From: an uncultured delta proteobacterium
GTDB lineage: Bacteria > Myxococcota > Myxococcia > Myxococcales > Anaeromyxobacteraceae
NCBI GenBank assembly: GCA_963766715.1
Contig: CAVYBH010000015.1
Coordinates: 128,001 to 192,000, forward strand
Length of the DNA: 64,000 nt
Reading direction: 5' to 3'
Each line of letters begins with the position of its first letter. Position 1 is the stretch's first letter. This document shows, in pieces, positions 14,028 through 23,621 of the stretch. Under the pieces are notes generated by a model. The model was not told the origin of the DNA. It made no database searches and saw only the letters and a program-made list of their open reading frames with translations. The translations under genes and the position numbers were made by a program.

Positions 14028-14924
14028 GTGGCCCGCGCCATCGACCAGGCGTCGTCGTACCGCGGCGGCGTCAACCGGCGCTCGTACCCTTTCGCCGATC
14101 GCTGGTTCGGCCTCCCCGACGGTCGGATGCACTACGTCGACGAGGGGCGCGGGGACCCGATCCTCTTCGTCCACGGAACGCCCACCTGGTCGTTCGAATG
14201 GCGCCACCTGATCCGCGTGTTCCACCGGACCCACCGCTGCATCGCCCCCGATCACCTGGGCTTCGGCCTCTCCGACCGCCCTGCCGGCGCCCCGTACACG
14301 CCCGAGGCCCACGCGGCGAACTTCGCGGCCTTCGTGGAGCACCTCGGGCTCGACCGCTTCACGCTGGTGGTCCACGACTTCGGCGGTCCCATCGCCCTGC
14401 CGATCTGCCTCTCGAGCCCGGGCCGGGTGCGCCGCCTCGTGCTCGTCAACACCTGGATGTGGAGCTTCTCCGGCGACCGGGACATGGAACGCAAGGCCCG
14501 GATCGCCGGCAGCCGGCTGGGCAGGTTCCTCTACCGGCGCCTCAACTTCTCCCTGCGCGTGCTCATGCCCTCGGCCTTCGGCGACCGGAGGAAGCTCAGC
14601 CCCCGCATTCACGATCAGTACCTGGATCGGTTCCCCGATCCCGCCTCGCGCGAGCGGGTGCTCTGGCCGCTGGCCCGGTCCCTCCTCGCGTCGGGCCCCT
14701 GGTTCGACTCCCTCTGGGCGCGCCGCGATCGGCTGGCCGGCCGCCCCGCGCTCGTGCTCTGGGGGCTCGCCGACTCGGCCTTCCGTCCCGCCCAGCTGGC
14801 CCGCTGGAAGGAGGCGCTCCCGGAGGCGCGCGTGGTCGCCTACCCTCGCGCCGGCCACTGGCCTCACGAGGAGCTTCCCGCCCTCGTGGCTCGCGATCTC
14901 CACGACTGGCTCGCGGCCACCTGA
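14028..14924 (+). CDS. Alpha/beta hydrolase (haloalkane dehalogenase-like)
   Basis: MHYVDEG, HGTPTWS, nucleophile VHDFGG and AGHW motifs. Confidence 0.85.
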   Translation: MARAIDQASSYRGGVNRRSYPFADRWFGLPDGRMHYVDEGRGDPILFVHGTPTWSFEWRHLIRVFHRTHRCIAPDHLGFGLSDRPAGAPYTPEAHAANFAAFVEHLGLDRFTLVVHDFGGPIALPICLSSPGRVRRLVLVNTWMWSFSGDRDMERKARIAGSRLGRFLYRRLNFSLRVLMPSAFGDRRKLSPRIHDQYLDRFPDPASRERVLWPLARSLLASGPWFDSLWARRDRLAGRPALVLWGLADSAFRPAQLARWKEALPEARVVAYPRAGHWPHEELPALVARDLHDWLAAT

Positions 14925-14965
14925 CCCCGGGCCCCGGAAATCTCCAGAAGGCGTATGCTCCCGCG

Positions 14966-15154
14966 ATGCGCGACGAGCCGGTCATCGACATGCGTCTCAC
15001 CCATCTGATGGCGCTCGACGCCAGCCTCTCCGACGTTCGCAGCGCCCTGATGCGGGCCGCGCGCATCCGCTCGGGCTTCTCTGCCGAGGTCCGTGCCCTG
15101 CTCGCGCAGGTCGACGACCTCGATCGCCGGGTGATGGCCGAGGTGATCCGGTAG
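14966..15154 (+). CDS. Small hypothetical protein
   Basis: 62 aa helical ORF filling an intergenic gap. Confidence 0.45.
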   Translation: MRDEPVIDMRLTHLMALDASLSDVRSALMRAARIRSGFSAEVRALLAQVDDLDRRVMAEVIR

Positions 15155-15304
15155 CGCCCATCCACCTCCATGGACGCCTCACCCTGGGCGGGCGCCGACC
15201 TTGCTCCTTGGAGGGGTGAGGGCGGCGGAACTCCCCGTCTTTCCACCACCGCTCCGTGGCACGACGATCGCACCACCTCCCGGAGAATCTCCGAGGAGAA
15301 CGCC

Positions 15305-15472
15305 ATGAAGGACTTCCGCGTGGGTAGGCATCAGGTGCGGGTGTGGGTGCTGAACGATCGCTGGCACGTCGCGGTGGACGACGTGCAGCTTCCCGCCTGG
15401 CACGTGCGCCAGGCCGACGCGTGGGCCGCCGGCGTTCTCGAGGCCGATCGCATCGACCGGGCCGCCGCGTAG
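15305..15472 (+). CDS. Small hypothetical protein (55 aa)
   Basis: GAGGAG RBS before ATG 15305; Trp-rich (VRVW...WHVAVD...AWAAGV). Confidence 0.6.
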   Translation: MKDFRVGRHQVRVWVLNDRWHVAVDDVQLPAWHVRQADAWAAGVLEADRIDRAAA

Positions 15473-15484
15473 GGAGCTGGCCGC

Positions 15485-16513
15485 TCAGGCGTCGGCGGTC
15501 GACGCCGCCGCGCGGCTGCCCGCCGCCATCACCGCCAGCGCCACCGTTCCCAGCTCGCGGACGCCGTGCAGGAAGGCGCCGGGCCCGTGGAAGGCCGCGT
15601 CGACCCGCCGGCCGACCTCGACCTCGTCGAGGGGCGCGCCTTCGAGCGAGACCTCGAGCGCGCGGATGGTCTCGGCCGGCGAGATGAAGTCCCCGCGCAG
15701 CCTCGGTCCGACGAGGGCGCGCCCGCCGAATCCGGTGAGGACCTCCAGGAATCCGATCGGAACCTCGACGGGGCCGCTTCCGGACAGGCCGACCTCGTCC
15801 TCCTCGGCGGGCGGCAGATCCGCCTCGGGCAGGTCGCCGGGGTACGGCGTGATCTCCCGGCCGCTGAGCTTGCTCCATCCCTCGGCCAGGGCGGCCACGA
15901 GCGGCTCGAACGGCACCGGTCTCCCGCTGAACTCGACGAGGGCCGCGGCGGGAGGTCCACCGGCGCGGGAGTCGGAGTGGGCCGTCCCCCGCGCCAGTTC
16001 CGACGGGAGCGAGAGCGGCCTCTCCACCGCGATGAAGGCCTCGAAAGCCAGCGCGCCCGCCGCCGTCGCCTCCTGCGAGACCACGGCGACCTGCCGCTTG
16101 TCGGCCGACACGAAGTCCCGTCCGAAGTACGCCGCCCGCTCTGCCCCCAGGCTCCGGAGCGCGGACAGGAGGCCGCGCACGTAGCGGTTGGAGATCCGGT
16201 CCGCCGGGAAGGCCGGTGCCACGAGCACCTCGCCCGGCGGCGTGTACAGGAAGGCGGCCACCGTGCCCTCGGCCGCGAGCAGGCTCCGCCCACCGCCGGC
16301 GCGACGCAGGAGCGGCAAGCCCCTCGACCGGACGCCTGCCGCGTCGACGACCGATCGCGCCCGCTGGTGGCGGCCCACCAGCACCGCTGGCCGCGCGAAG
16401 CTCGCCACCAGGAGCACCGGGCCTGGCGCCCCGTGCGCGAGCAGCCCGGCCTCGACGCGAAGGAAGCGGGCGGGATCGCTCCCGGGGAGGAGCGCCAGGT
16501 GGAGAAGGGGCAT
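15485..16513 (-). CDS. Lipoate-protein ligase A-like (BPL/LplA/LipB fold) protein
   Basis: PAVLVGRHQ and RRAGGG motifs; C-terminal LplA-like domain (LRGDFI). Confidence 0.7.
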   Translation of the reverse strand: MPLLHLALLPGSDPARFLRVEAGLLAHGAPGPVLLVASFARPAVLVGRHQRARSVVDAAGVRSRGLPLLRRAGGGRSLLAAEGTVAAFLYTPPGEVLVAPAFPADRISNRYVRGLLSALRSLGAERAAYFGRDFVSADKRQVAVVSQEATAAGALAFEAFIAVERPLSLPSELARGTAHSDSRAGGPPAAALVEFSGRPVPFEPLVAALAEGWSKLSGREITPYPGDLPEADLPPAEEDEVGLSGSGPVEVPIGFLEVLTGFGGRALVGPRLRGDFISPAETIRALEVSLEGAPLDEVEVGRRVDAAFHGPGAFLHGVRELGTVALAVMAAGSRAAASTADA

Positions 16514-16624
16514 GTCTTCTATCTACCGGACGCAGGCCGCCCGGCGCCGGGTTTCGCCACCCGGACATGCGGACCGATGGTTCGCCGTGCACCCGGCGCC
16601 CCCCGCCAGTAACGATCCGGCGCC

Positions 16625-17857
16625 ATGCGCTGGGGTTCCTCCCTCTCCCGGAAACCGGACGCGGCGGCCGCCCTCTCGGAGGCCGCGACCGCGCTGGAAG
16701 GGCAGCTCGACGGGGAATCACCCGACCTGCTGCTCTGCTTCGCCTCCCCGCACCACGTCCAGGACCTCGACGCGCTCTCCCGCATGGCCGCGCGCCGCTT
16801 CCCGGACGCGCTCGTGGTCGGCTGCACCGGGCGCGGCGTCATCGGCGGCGGGCACGAGGCCGAGGACGGTCCGGCGCTCTCCCTCACCGGCGCCCACCTG
16901 CCCGGCGTCGAGTGCTCCGCCGTTCACGTGGAGATGACCGCGCTCCCCGGCCCCGACGCGCAGGCAGGCGCCTGGCGGTCGCTCACCGGCGCGTCGCCCG
17001 GGACGAAGCCCAGCTTCCTCGTCCTCGCCGATCCCTTCACTCTCGACTCCCACGCGCTCATCCGGGGACTCGACCTCGCCTATCCGCGGGCGCCCAAGTT
17101 CGGCGGCCTGGCCAGCGGGGGCGAGGCGCCCGGCGAGCACCGGCTGCTGCTCGGCACCGAGCTCCACCGCAGCGGCGCGGTCGTGGTGGCCTTCGCCGGC
17201 GACGTCGAGGTGGAGACCGTCATCGCGCAGGGCTGCCGCCCCATCGGCCAGCCCATGCTCGTCACGCGCTGCAAGGGCGGACTGCTCCAGGAGCTCGACC
17301 GCGGCGCCCCCCTCAAGGTGCTGGGCGAGATCTACGAGTCGCTCGGCCCGCGGGATCGCGAGCTGATGCGCGACTCCCTCTTCCTCGGCCTCGACATGCG
17401 GGAGGAGCGGGTCGAGTACGATCCGGGCGAGCTGCTGGTTCGCAACATCGTGGGGGCCGATCAGGAGACCGGCGCGCTGGCCGTGGGCGAGGTGCTCCAC
17501 CCGGTGCAGGCGGTCCAGTTCGTGCTCCGCGACGCCCACGCCGCGGAGGAGGACCTGCGGCGCCTGCTCGACGGGCGGGCCCGCAGCGGCCGCGAGCCTC
17601 CCGCGGGCGCGCTGCTCTTCTCCTGTACCGGGCGCGGCTCCGGGCTCTTCGGGGCGGCGGACCACGACACCGCGCTCTTCGAGGAGAAGCTCGGCCCGGC
17701 CGCGCTGGGCGGCTTCTTCTGCAACGGGGAGATCGGGCCGGTGGGCGGGACCACCTTCCTGCACGGCTACACGAGCGCCTTCGCCCTCTTCCGGCGGCGC
17801 CCGATCAGGCTCCAGCCCGGCCTGGCTGGACTTCCCGACCCCCTGCGCCCTCGATGA
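16625..17857 (+). CDS. FIST-domain (NosP-like) sensory protein
   Basis: VVGCTGRGVIG, GGLAS, AQGCRPIG, FSCTGRG and GFFCNGEIGP motifs. Confidence 0.9.
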   Translation: MRWGSSLSRKPDAAAALSEAATALEGQLDGESPDLLLCFASPHHVQDLDALSRMAARRFPDALVVGCTGRGVIGGGHEAEDGPALSLTGAHLPGVECSAVHVEMTALPGPDAQAGAWRSLTGASPGTKPSFLVLADPFTLDSHALIRGLDLAYPRAPKFGGLASGGEAPGEHRLLLGTELHRSGAVVVAFAGDVEVETVIAQGCRPIGQPMLVTRCKGGLLQELDRGAPLKVLGEIYESLGPRDRELMRDSLFLGLDMREERVEYDPGELLVRNIVGADQETGALAVGEVLHPVQAVQFVLRDAHAAEEDLRRLLDGRARSGREPPAGALLFSCTGRGSGLFGAADHDTALFEEKLGPAALGGFFCNGEIGPVGGTTFLHGYTSAFALFRRRPIRLQPGLAGLPDPLRPR

Positions 17858-18293
17858 GCGCGCGGTGGCGCGCATCCTGCGCCGCCAGCGCCGAGAAGAG
17901 CTTGGCCACCTCGGGGTCGGCGCTGCGGGCCAGCTGCTCGGCGTGGATGGAGCCGAAACGCCGCTCCAGCTCGACGACGCGCCGGAGGACCTCTCCCGGC
18001 TCGGCGACCTTTCCCGGCCGGGTGAAGTCGGCCTTCATCGACTCGACCTCGACCGCCATGCCCTCCAGGCTCTCCGCAATCCGTCCCATGGCCTCGGCGG
18101 CCCAGGGCGTCCTGCCCTGGTGGCGGGACAGGAGCTGGACGCGGTGGGCGTGCTGCTCCTCCTCCTCGGACAGCTGCGCGAAGAGCTGGCGCAGGTGCGG
18201 CCGCCCGGCGAAGCTCTCCGCCAGGCCGGCGTAGAGCTCCTGGGCGAGCGTCTCGATCCGCGCCGCGCTCTGGAAGCACTCGTAGGTGGTCAT
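17805..18293 (-). CDS. Ferritin-like (rubrerythrin-type four-helix bundle) protein
   Basis: E..A.ELY, EEEEQH and DARH spacing; start overlaps the upstream stop (ATGA). Confidence 0.65.
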   Translation of the reverse strand: MTTYECFQSAARIETLAQELYAGLAESFAGRPHLRQLFAQLSEEEEQHAHRVQLLSRHQGRTPWAAEAMGRIAESLEGMAVEVESMKADFTRPGKVAEPGEVLRRVVELERRFGSIHAEQLARSADPEVAKLFSALAAQDARHRALIEGAGGREVQPGRAGA

Positions 18294-20953
18294 CGCCGCA
18301 CGCCTTCCCGCCGGGAAGCCCCGTCCGATTCCGACGCGCCGGCCTTGCCGAGGAACTGCCCGAGCCCCACGTCGTGGGCGAGGATGTGGTAGCGGAACCA
18401 CTCGGGCAGGCGGCCGGTGGCCCATCGGCGGAAGGCCGGGCCGATGCCCTCCCTCTCCAGCTCGGCCTGGAACCGGCGGGCATCCTCCAGGAAGAGGGCG
18501 TGGGCCTCCTCGTGGCGGGCGCGGAGCGGATAGTCGTGCAGGGCCATCAGCCGGTCCTCGCGTGCGAAGTGGTCCGCCACCCCCGCGACCAGGCCGGCCA
18601 GCGCGGGGCGGACCTCCGCGACGTCTCCGCTCTCGACCCGCGCGACCAGGTCCACCAGGTCCTCGCTCAGGGCGCGATGCTCGGCGTCCATCGGCGCGAA
18701 GCCCGTCTCGTTGAAGAGCTCCTTGCCGCCCACGGTGGGGATTCCCCTGGCGCTCGAGCGTGCGACGCTGGCCGTGGCCTGGGCGAGATCGACCCAGGCC
18801 TCTGCGCACAGCACGCGGTTGCGTCCGGACTCCTTGGCCCGGTAGAGCGCCAGGTCGGCGCGGTCGACCATGGCCTCCACCGTGTCGTCGGGGCGCATCT
18901 CGGTGACGCCGAAGCTGGCGGTGACGGCGCCGGTCGGCCCGAGATGGGTGACCTCCATGAGCCCGCGGATCTTCTCGGCGAGCTGGGCGGCGCCGGCCGC
19001 GTCGGTCATGGGCGCGAGGATGGCGAACTCCTCCCCGCCCCAGCGAGCCGCCGAGTCGGAGTCGCGGATGTTGGACTCCAGGAGGCGCGCGGCGCCCGCG
19101 AGCACCCGGTCACCGGCCGGGTGGCCGTGCTGGTCGTTCACCTGCTTGAAGCGATCGAGGTCCACGAGCACGATCGAGAGCGGCTGCCGGTAGCGCCGGG
19201 CCCGGGAGAACTCCCGGGAGAAGGCCTCGTTGAAGCCGAGCCGGTTCAGGATGCCGGTGAGCGCGTCGGTGTCGGCGCGCCGCGCCATCTCCCGCGCCCG
19301 CCCCTCGGCCTCCCGGTGCTTGTCCACGAGCCGGGACTCGGCGCCGTACTGCCGCTCGAGCACGACGAAGAAGAAGACGATGACCACGCTGAGGAGGAAG
19401 GTGATCACGATCCCGAGCAGCCGGTTCACGGCCTGCTCCGACTGCCGCTTCAGCGTGACCACGGACCATTCCGACCCGGGGACCGACCGCCGCACCGCGA
19501 CGTGGCGCTCCCCCTCGAGCGTGACCCAGTCGGTGCCGGCGACGGCGTGGTCGAGCACCGGCGCCGGGCCGGGGGCGACGGCCGGCTCGCTCCCCGGTGC
19601 CTGGACCGCCCAGAGCGGACGTCCCTCGAAGCGAAGGGAGCCGGCCAGCAGCACGCGGCCGTCGGCGGCCGCGATGAAGGAGAGGTCGGTCCCCTTCGGT
19701 CCGAACGACTCCGCGTCCAGGTTCTTCTTCACCACCGCCACGCCGGTCACCTTCCCGTCGGGGCCCCGGATCGGCTGGCTCGCGTAGAAGCCGGGGACCC
19801 GGGTGGTGAGCCCGGCCCCGACGAGACGGCCAGGGAAACCCGCGGCGGCGTCCTGGAAGTAGCCGCGCATCGAGTAGTTCCTGCCGACGAAGCTGTCGGG
19901 GTCGCTGCGGTTCGACGCCGCCACCGTGACGCCGGCCATGTCGAGGAGATAGGCCGTGCGGTCGGAACGCCCTCCCGCGACCACGTCGACCGCCTCGTCC
20001 CGCTCGGCCTGCAGCGTCCCCGCGGCAGCCAGGGAGGCCGGGAAGCGGGAGGCGATCTCCGCCAGGACGCGAACCGCGTCGTCGGCGGTCTCCATCTCCA
20101 TGAGGAGGTGGTCCTGGATCTGCGCGGAGACCGACTCGGCGTCCGCGGCCAGGTCCGCCTCGTGGAGCCGCCCGAGACGCTCCGTGAATCCCCATCCCAG
20201 CGCGAGGACGGCCAGGATGGCCACGGCCATGAACTGGAACGATCGGGAACGCTTGCGGCGCAGCCGCGCCCGCTCGTCGACCGAGACCGCGTAGCCCCAG
20301 ATCGACAGCGCGGCGGCGCCGACGAGGGCCGCCCGCACGAGGTCGACGGGCACCCCGGCGCCTCCCAGGAAGGACGCCGCCGTCGGCCAGGCAGCGGGGA
20401 GGAAGGGAACGGCCTGCCCGACCACGCAGGCGGCGATGCCGTACGCCCCCAGGCTGCCCGCCGCCCAGGCCAGCGCCCGTGCCGAGGCGGGCGCCTGTCC
20501 GGCGGCCGTCGACGCCGAGGCCAGCAGGAAGGCCGTCCACAGGATGGCGGGGACGGCCACCACCAGCCGGATCGCGGCGCCGGCGCTCCCGGCTCCCCCG
20601 ATGGCCACGAGCGCGGCGACGGCGGCCCCCAGCGCGGCGTGGATCCAGGGGCCGGGGCCGCTGCCCCGCACCGCCCTCCGGGTCCGGCGGGCGAACTCGA
20701 GGAGGAGGACGTAGGCGGCGGCATGGAGCACCGTCCGTGCGAGCCGCAGGGCGGTCGGGTCGCCCGCCTCCAGGCCCAGGAGCGCCAGCCATTCCACGAC
20801 ACCGTGCGTGAAGGCGAAGGCGGCGAGCAGGCCCCACGGCGCCGGGAGCGGCCCCTCCGTCTTGAGGGACAGGCTGACGGCCCCGAGCAGCACGAGCGCG
20901 AGCCCGTAGACGAAGTAGACGTAGTCCAGCTGGGCCGTGAGGAACGCCGCCAT
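18290..20953 (-). CDS. Membrane diguanylate cyclase: multi-TM N-terminus, dCache, GGDEF (GGEEF) and C-terminal hemerythrin
   Basis: TDALTG, DLDRFKQVND, RWGGEEF and ADLALY; Cache-like GRNYSMRGYF; hemerythrin ligands D.EH, HF..ED, HEEAH and HILAHD. Confidence 0.9.
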   Translation of the reverse strand: MAAFLTAQLDYVYFVYGLALVLLGAVSLSLKTEGPLPAPWGLLAAFAFTHGVVEWLALLGLEAGDPTALRLARTVLHAAAYVLLLEFARRTRRAVRGSGPGPWIHAALGAAVAALVAIGGAGSAGAAIRLVVAVPAILWTAFLLASASTAAGQAPASARALAWAAGSLGAYGIAACVVGQAVPFLPAAWPTAASFLGGAGVPVDLVRAALVGAAALSIWGYAVSVDERARLRRKRSRSFQFMAVAILAVLALGWGFTERLGRLHEADLAADAESVSAQIQDHLLMEMETADDAVRVLAEIASRFPASLAAAGTLQAERDEAVDVVAGGRSDRTAYLLDMAGVTVAASNRSDPDSFVGRNYSMRGYFQDAAAGFPGRLVGAGLTTRVPGFYASQPIRGPDGKVTGVAVVKKNLDAESFGPKGTDLSFIAAADGRVLLAGSLRFEGRPLWAVQAPGSEPAVAPGPAPVLDHAVAGTDWVTLEGERHVAVRRSVPGSEWSVVTLKRQSEQAVNRLLGIVITFLLSVVIVFFFVVLERQYGAESRLVDKHREAEGRAREMARRADTDALTGILNRLGFNEAFSREFSRARRYRQPLSIVLVDLDRFKQVNDQHGHPAGDRVLAGAARLLESNIRDSDSAARWGGEEFAILAPMTDAAGAAQLAEKIRGLMEVTHLGPTGAVTASFGVTEMRPDDTVEAMVDRADLALYRAKESGRNRVLCAEAWVDLAQATASVARSSARGIPTVGGKELFNETGFAPMDAEHRALSEDLVDLVARVESGDVAEVRPALAGLVAGVADHFAREDRLMALHDYPLRARHEEAHALFLEDARRFQAELEREGIGPAFRRWATGRLPEWFRYHILAHDVGLGQFLGKAGASESDGASRREGVRR

Positions 20954-21152
20954 TGGAGGAGTCTCAGATCGCAACCCTCGTGCCAGCCGGGCCCCGCGGA
21001 TGCCCCGGGATTCACTCTGGGAAATTCACGGGATCGCCCTCCGGGCGCGCCTCGCGGGTCCCCCTGGACCCGGACCGGCGACCCAGGAGCCCTCGCGCCC
21101 CACCCACACCGGTCCATGACATCACCCATCGGTGACATGCGCCGATGCGGCC

Positions 21153-21266
21153 ATGGTCGCCATGTTCATCTTCACGGGTGGTGCAGTGGTGCTCCTGCTG
21201 GGATCGCTGGTGGCCGCGGAGGTGCGCGACCTGGCCCGCGCCCGGCGGAAGCCGCGAAGGACGTAG
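21153..21266 (+). CDS. Small single-TM protein, 37 aa (MVAMFIFTGGAVVLLLGSLVAAEVRDLARARRKPRRT)
   Basis: Read manually; hydrophobic helix plus basic tail; directly upstream of EamA; weak RBS. Confidence 0.4.
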   Translation: MVAMFIFTGGAVVLLLGSLVAAEVRDLARARRKPRRT

Positions 21267-21292
21267 GGCGGGCCGGCCGCGGACGGCGCGGT

Positions 21293-22180
21293 ATGTTCGC
21301 GCCGGTGCGCCGCCACCCCAGCCTCCTCCTCTCGGGAGCCGCCCTCCTCTGGGCGGGAAACTTCGTGCTCGGACGCGCGATGCGGGGGCACGTGCCGCCG
21401 GTCGGCCTCGCGTTCTGGCGCTGGACGCTGGCGCTCCTGGTCCTCCTCGTCCTGTACGGCCGCCGCCTGGCCGCCCAGCGAGGGCCGCTCCTCGCCGGCT
21501 GGAAGGTGGTCGTGCTCCTCGGCGTCCTCGGCGTCGGGAACTTCAACCTCTTCCTCTACATGGGGCTCCAGCACACGACCGCGACGAACGCGCTCCTCCT
21601 CAACGCGGCCGGGCCGGCCTTCATCGTCGCCCTCTCCGTCCTGGCCGGGCTGGGGCGGCCGACCGGGCGGCTGCTCCTCGCGGTCGCCCTCTCCCTCGCC
21701 GGCGTCGTGGTGATCCTCTCGCAGGGGCGCCTCTCCACCCTGCTCGAGCTGCGGCTCAACCCGGGCGACCTCTGGGTCCTCGCCGCGGTGCTCTCCTGGT
21801 CGATCTACACCGTGCTGCTGGGCCGCCGGCCGCGCGGCGTGGAGCCGATGGTCTTCCTCACCGCGCTGGTCATCGTCGGCACCGCCTGGATCGCGCCCTT
21901 CTACGCCTGGGAGATCGCCCGGGGACTTCGCGTGGTCCCGGATCTCGCCACCGCCGGCAGCATCCTGTACGTGGGCGTCTTCGCCTCGCTCGTCGCCTAC
22001 GCCTTCTGGAACGCAGGGGTCGGCCAGGCGGGCGCCGCCCGAGCCGGGGTCTTCATGAACCTCATGCCGGCCTTCGGGACGCTGCTGGCGGTGGCCCTGC
22101 TCGGGGAGCCCTTCCGGCTCTTCCAGGCGGCCGGGATCGCGCTCATCGCGGCGGGCGTGTCGCTCGGGCAGATCCGCTGA
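21293..22180 (+). CDS. DMT/EamA family transporter
   Basis: LLWAGNFVLGR, TTATNALLL and GVFMNLMPAF motifs; ~10 TM. Confidence 0.9.
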   Translation: MFAPVRRHPSLLLSGAALLWAGNFVLGRAMRGHVPPVGLAFWRWTLALLVLLVLYGRRLAAQRGPLLAGWKVVVLLGVLGVGNFNLFLYMGLQHTTATNALLLNAAGPAFIVALSVLAGLGRPTGRLLLAVALSLAGVVVILSQGRLSTLLELRLNPGDLWVLAAVLSWSIYTVLLGRRPRGVEPMVFLTALVIVGTAWIAPFYAWEIARGLRVVPDLATAGSILYVGVFASLVAYAFWNAGVGQAGAARAGVFMNLMPAFGTLLAVALLGEPFRLFQAAGIALIAAGVSLGQIR

Positions 22181-22899
22181 GGCGCTGCCGCACGCCTGAG
22201 ACCGAGGTAGGCCTCGCGCACCCGTTCGTTCGCGAGCAGCTCCGCGCCCGTCCCGGAGAGCACCACCTTCCCCGACTCGAGCACGTAGCCGCGGTGGGCG
22301 ATGGCCAGCGCGTGCTCGGTGTTCTGCTCGACGAGCAGCACCGTGGTCCCGGCGCGGTTGATCTCCACCACGACGCGGAACATCTCCTCCACCATGATCG
22401 GCGCGAGTCCCAGCGAGGGTTCGTCGAGCATGAGGATGCGCGGACCCGCCATGAGTCCGCGGCCGATGGCGACCATCTGCTGCTCGCCCCCCGAGAGCGT
22501 CCCGGCCACCTGCCACTCCCGCTCTTGCAGCCGCGGGAAGATCCCGTAGACCCGTGCGAGCCGTTCGGCCTGCAGGGGTCGCGATGCCGGGCGAAAGGCC
22601 CCCAGGAGCAGGTTGTCCCGCACCGTCATCTCCGGGAAGAGCTTGCGCCCCTGCGGCACCTGCACCACGCCCCGGTCGACGATCTCCATCGTGCTGCACG
22701 ACTGCAGCTCGTCGTCCCCGAGCACCACCCGGCCGGCGGACGGCCGGAGCAGGCCGGAGATGGTCTTCAGCGTCGTGGTCTTCCCGGCGCCGTTGCCCCC
22801 CACCAGCGCCACGATCTCCCCTTCCCGGACGGCGAAGGAGACGCCCCAGAGGGCGGGAACCTGGCCGTAGGCGACGCGGATGTCCTCCACGCGGAGCAC
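21997..22899 (-). CDS. livF: Branched-chain amino acid ABC transporter ATPase (family homology ends near 22200; the extension may be an error)
   Basis: GGNGAGKTT, LSGGEQQM, LLVEQN and EAYLG motifs. Confidence 0.88.
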   Translation of the reverse strand: MLRVEDIRVAYGQVPALWGVSFAVREGEIVALVGGNGAGKTTTLKTISGLLRPSAGRVVLGDDELQSCSTMEIVDRGVVQVPQGRKLFPEMTVRDNLLLGAFRPASRPLQAERLARVYGIFPRLQEREWQVAGTLSGGEQQMVAIGRGLMAGPRILMLDEPSLGLAPIMVEEMFRVVVEINRAGTTVLLVEQNTEHALAIAHRGYVLESGKVVLSGTGAELLANERVREAYLGLRRAAAPQRICPSDTPAAMSAIPAAWKSRKGSPSRATASSVPKAGMRFMKTPARAAPAWPTPAFQKA

Positions 22900-22901
22900 G
22901 C

Positions 22902-23621
22902 TCAGGCCGCCTTCTTCCCGAAGTAGGCCGCGATCACCGCCGGATCCTGGACGACCGCGGCGGGCTCGCCTTCGGCGATCTTCTCCCCGTGGTGCATCAC
23001 CAGGACGCGATCGGAGATCCGCATGATGGCCTTCATCACGTGCTCCACCAGCACGACCGTGACGCCCCCGAGCCGGATTCCCTCGACGAGGTCGCTCGCC
23101 ACGTCGACCTCGGAGGCGTTGAGCCCACCCATGGGCTCGTCCAGGAGCAGCACGTGCGGCTCGGTGGCCAGCGCCTTCGCCATCTCCAGCCGCTTCTGGT
23201 CCATGAGGGTGAGCTGCCCGGCGAGCGTCGCCGCGCGATGGGAGAGCCCCAGCCGGCCCACCACCGCCATGGCCGCCTCCTCTGCGTCGGACCGGCGGGT
23301 GTGGCGGAGGAAGGCGGCGAGCGTGACGTTCTCCCGCACCGAGAGCCCGGGGAAGGGTTTCACGATCTGGAAGGTCCGGGCGATGCCCAGCCGGGTGACC
23401 CGATGCGGCTTCTTGCCGGCCACGCTCCGGCCGTCGAGCCGGATCTGGCCGCTGGAGGGGCGCACGAAGCCGGTGATGAGGTTGAAGACCGTGGTCTTCC
23501 CGGCACCGTTGGGACCGATGAGCCCGAGGATCTCCCCCTGCTCCACCGAGAAGGAAAGGTTGCCGACCGCCCTCAGGCCGCCGAAGAGCCGCGTCAGGCC
23601 CTCAACCTCCAGGAGCGCCAT
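22902..23621 (-). CDS. livG: Branched-chain amino acid ABC transporter ATPase
   Basis: GPNGAGKTT, IARTFQ, LLDEP and VIAAYFG motifs. Confidence 0.9.
   Translation of the reverse strand: MALLEVEGLTRLFGGLRAVGNLSFSVEQGEILGLIGPNGAGKTTVFNLITGFVRPSSGQIRLDGRSVAGKKPHRVTRLGIARTFQIVKPFPGLSVRENVTLAAFLRHTRRSDAEEAAMAVVGRLGLSHRAATLAGQLTLMDQKRLEMAKALATEPHVLLLDEPMGGLNASEVDVASDLVEGIRLGGVTVVLVEHVMKAIMRISDRVLVMHHGEKIAEGEPAAVVQDPAVIAAYFGKKAA

Noticed and set aside
18374..21290. Very long antisense ORFs (also 32285-35587, 38628-41522 and 4479-6554)
   Set aside because: Shadow ORFs of real genes, caused by high-GC codon bias
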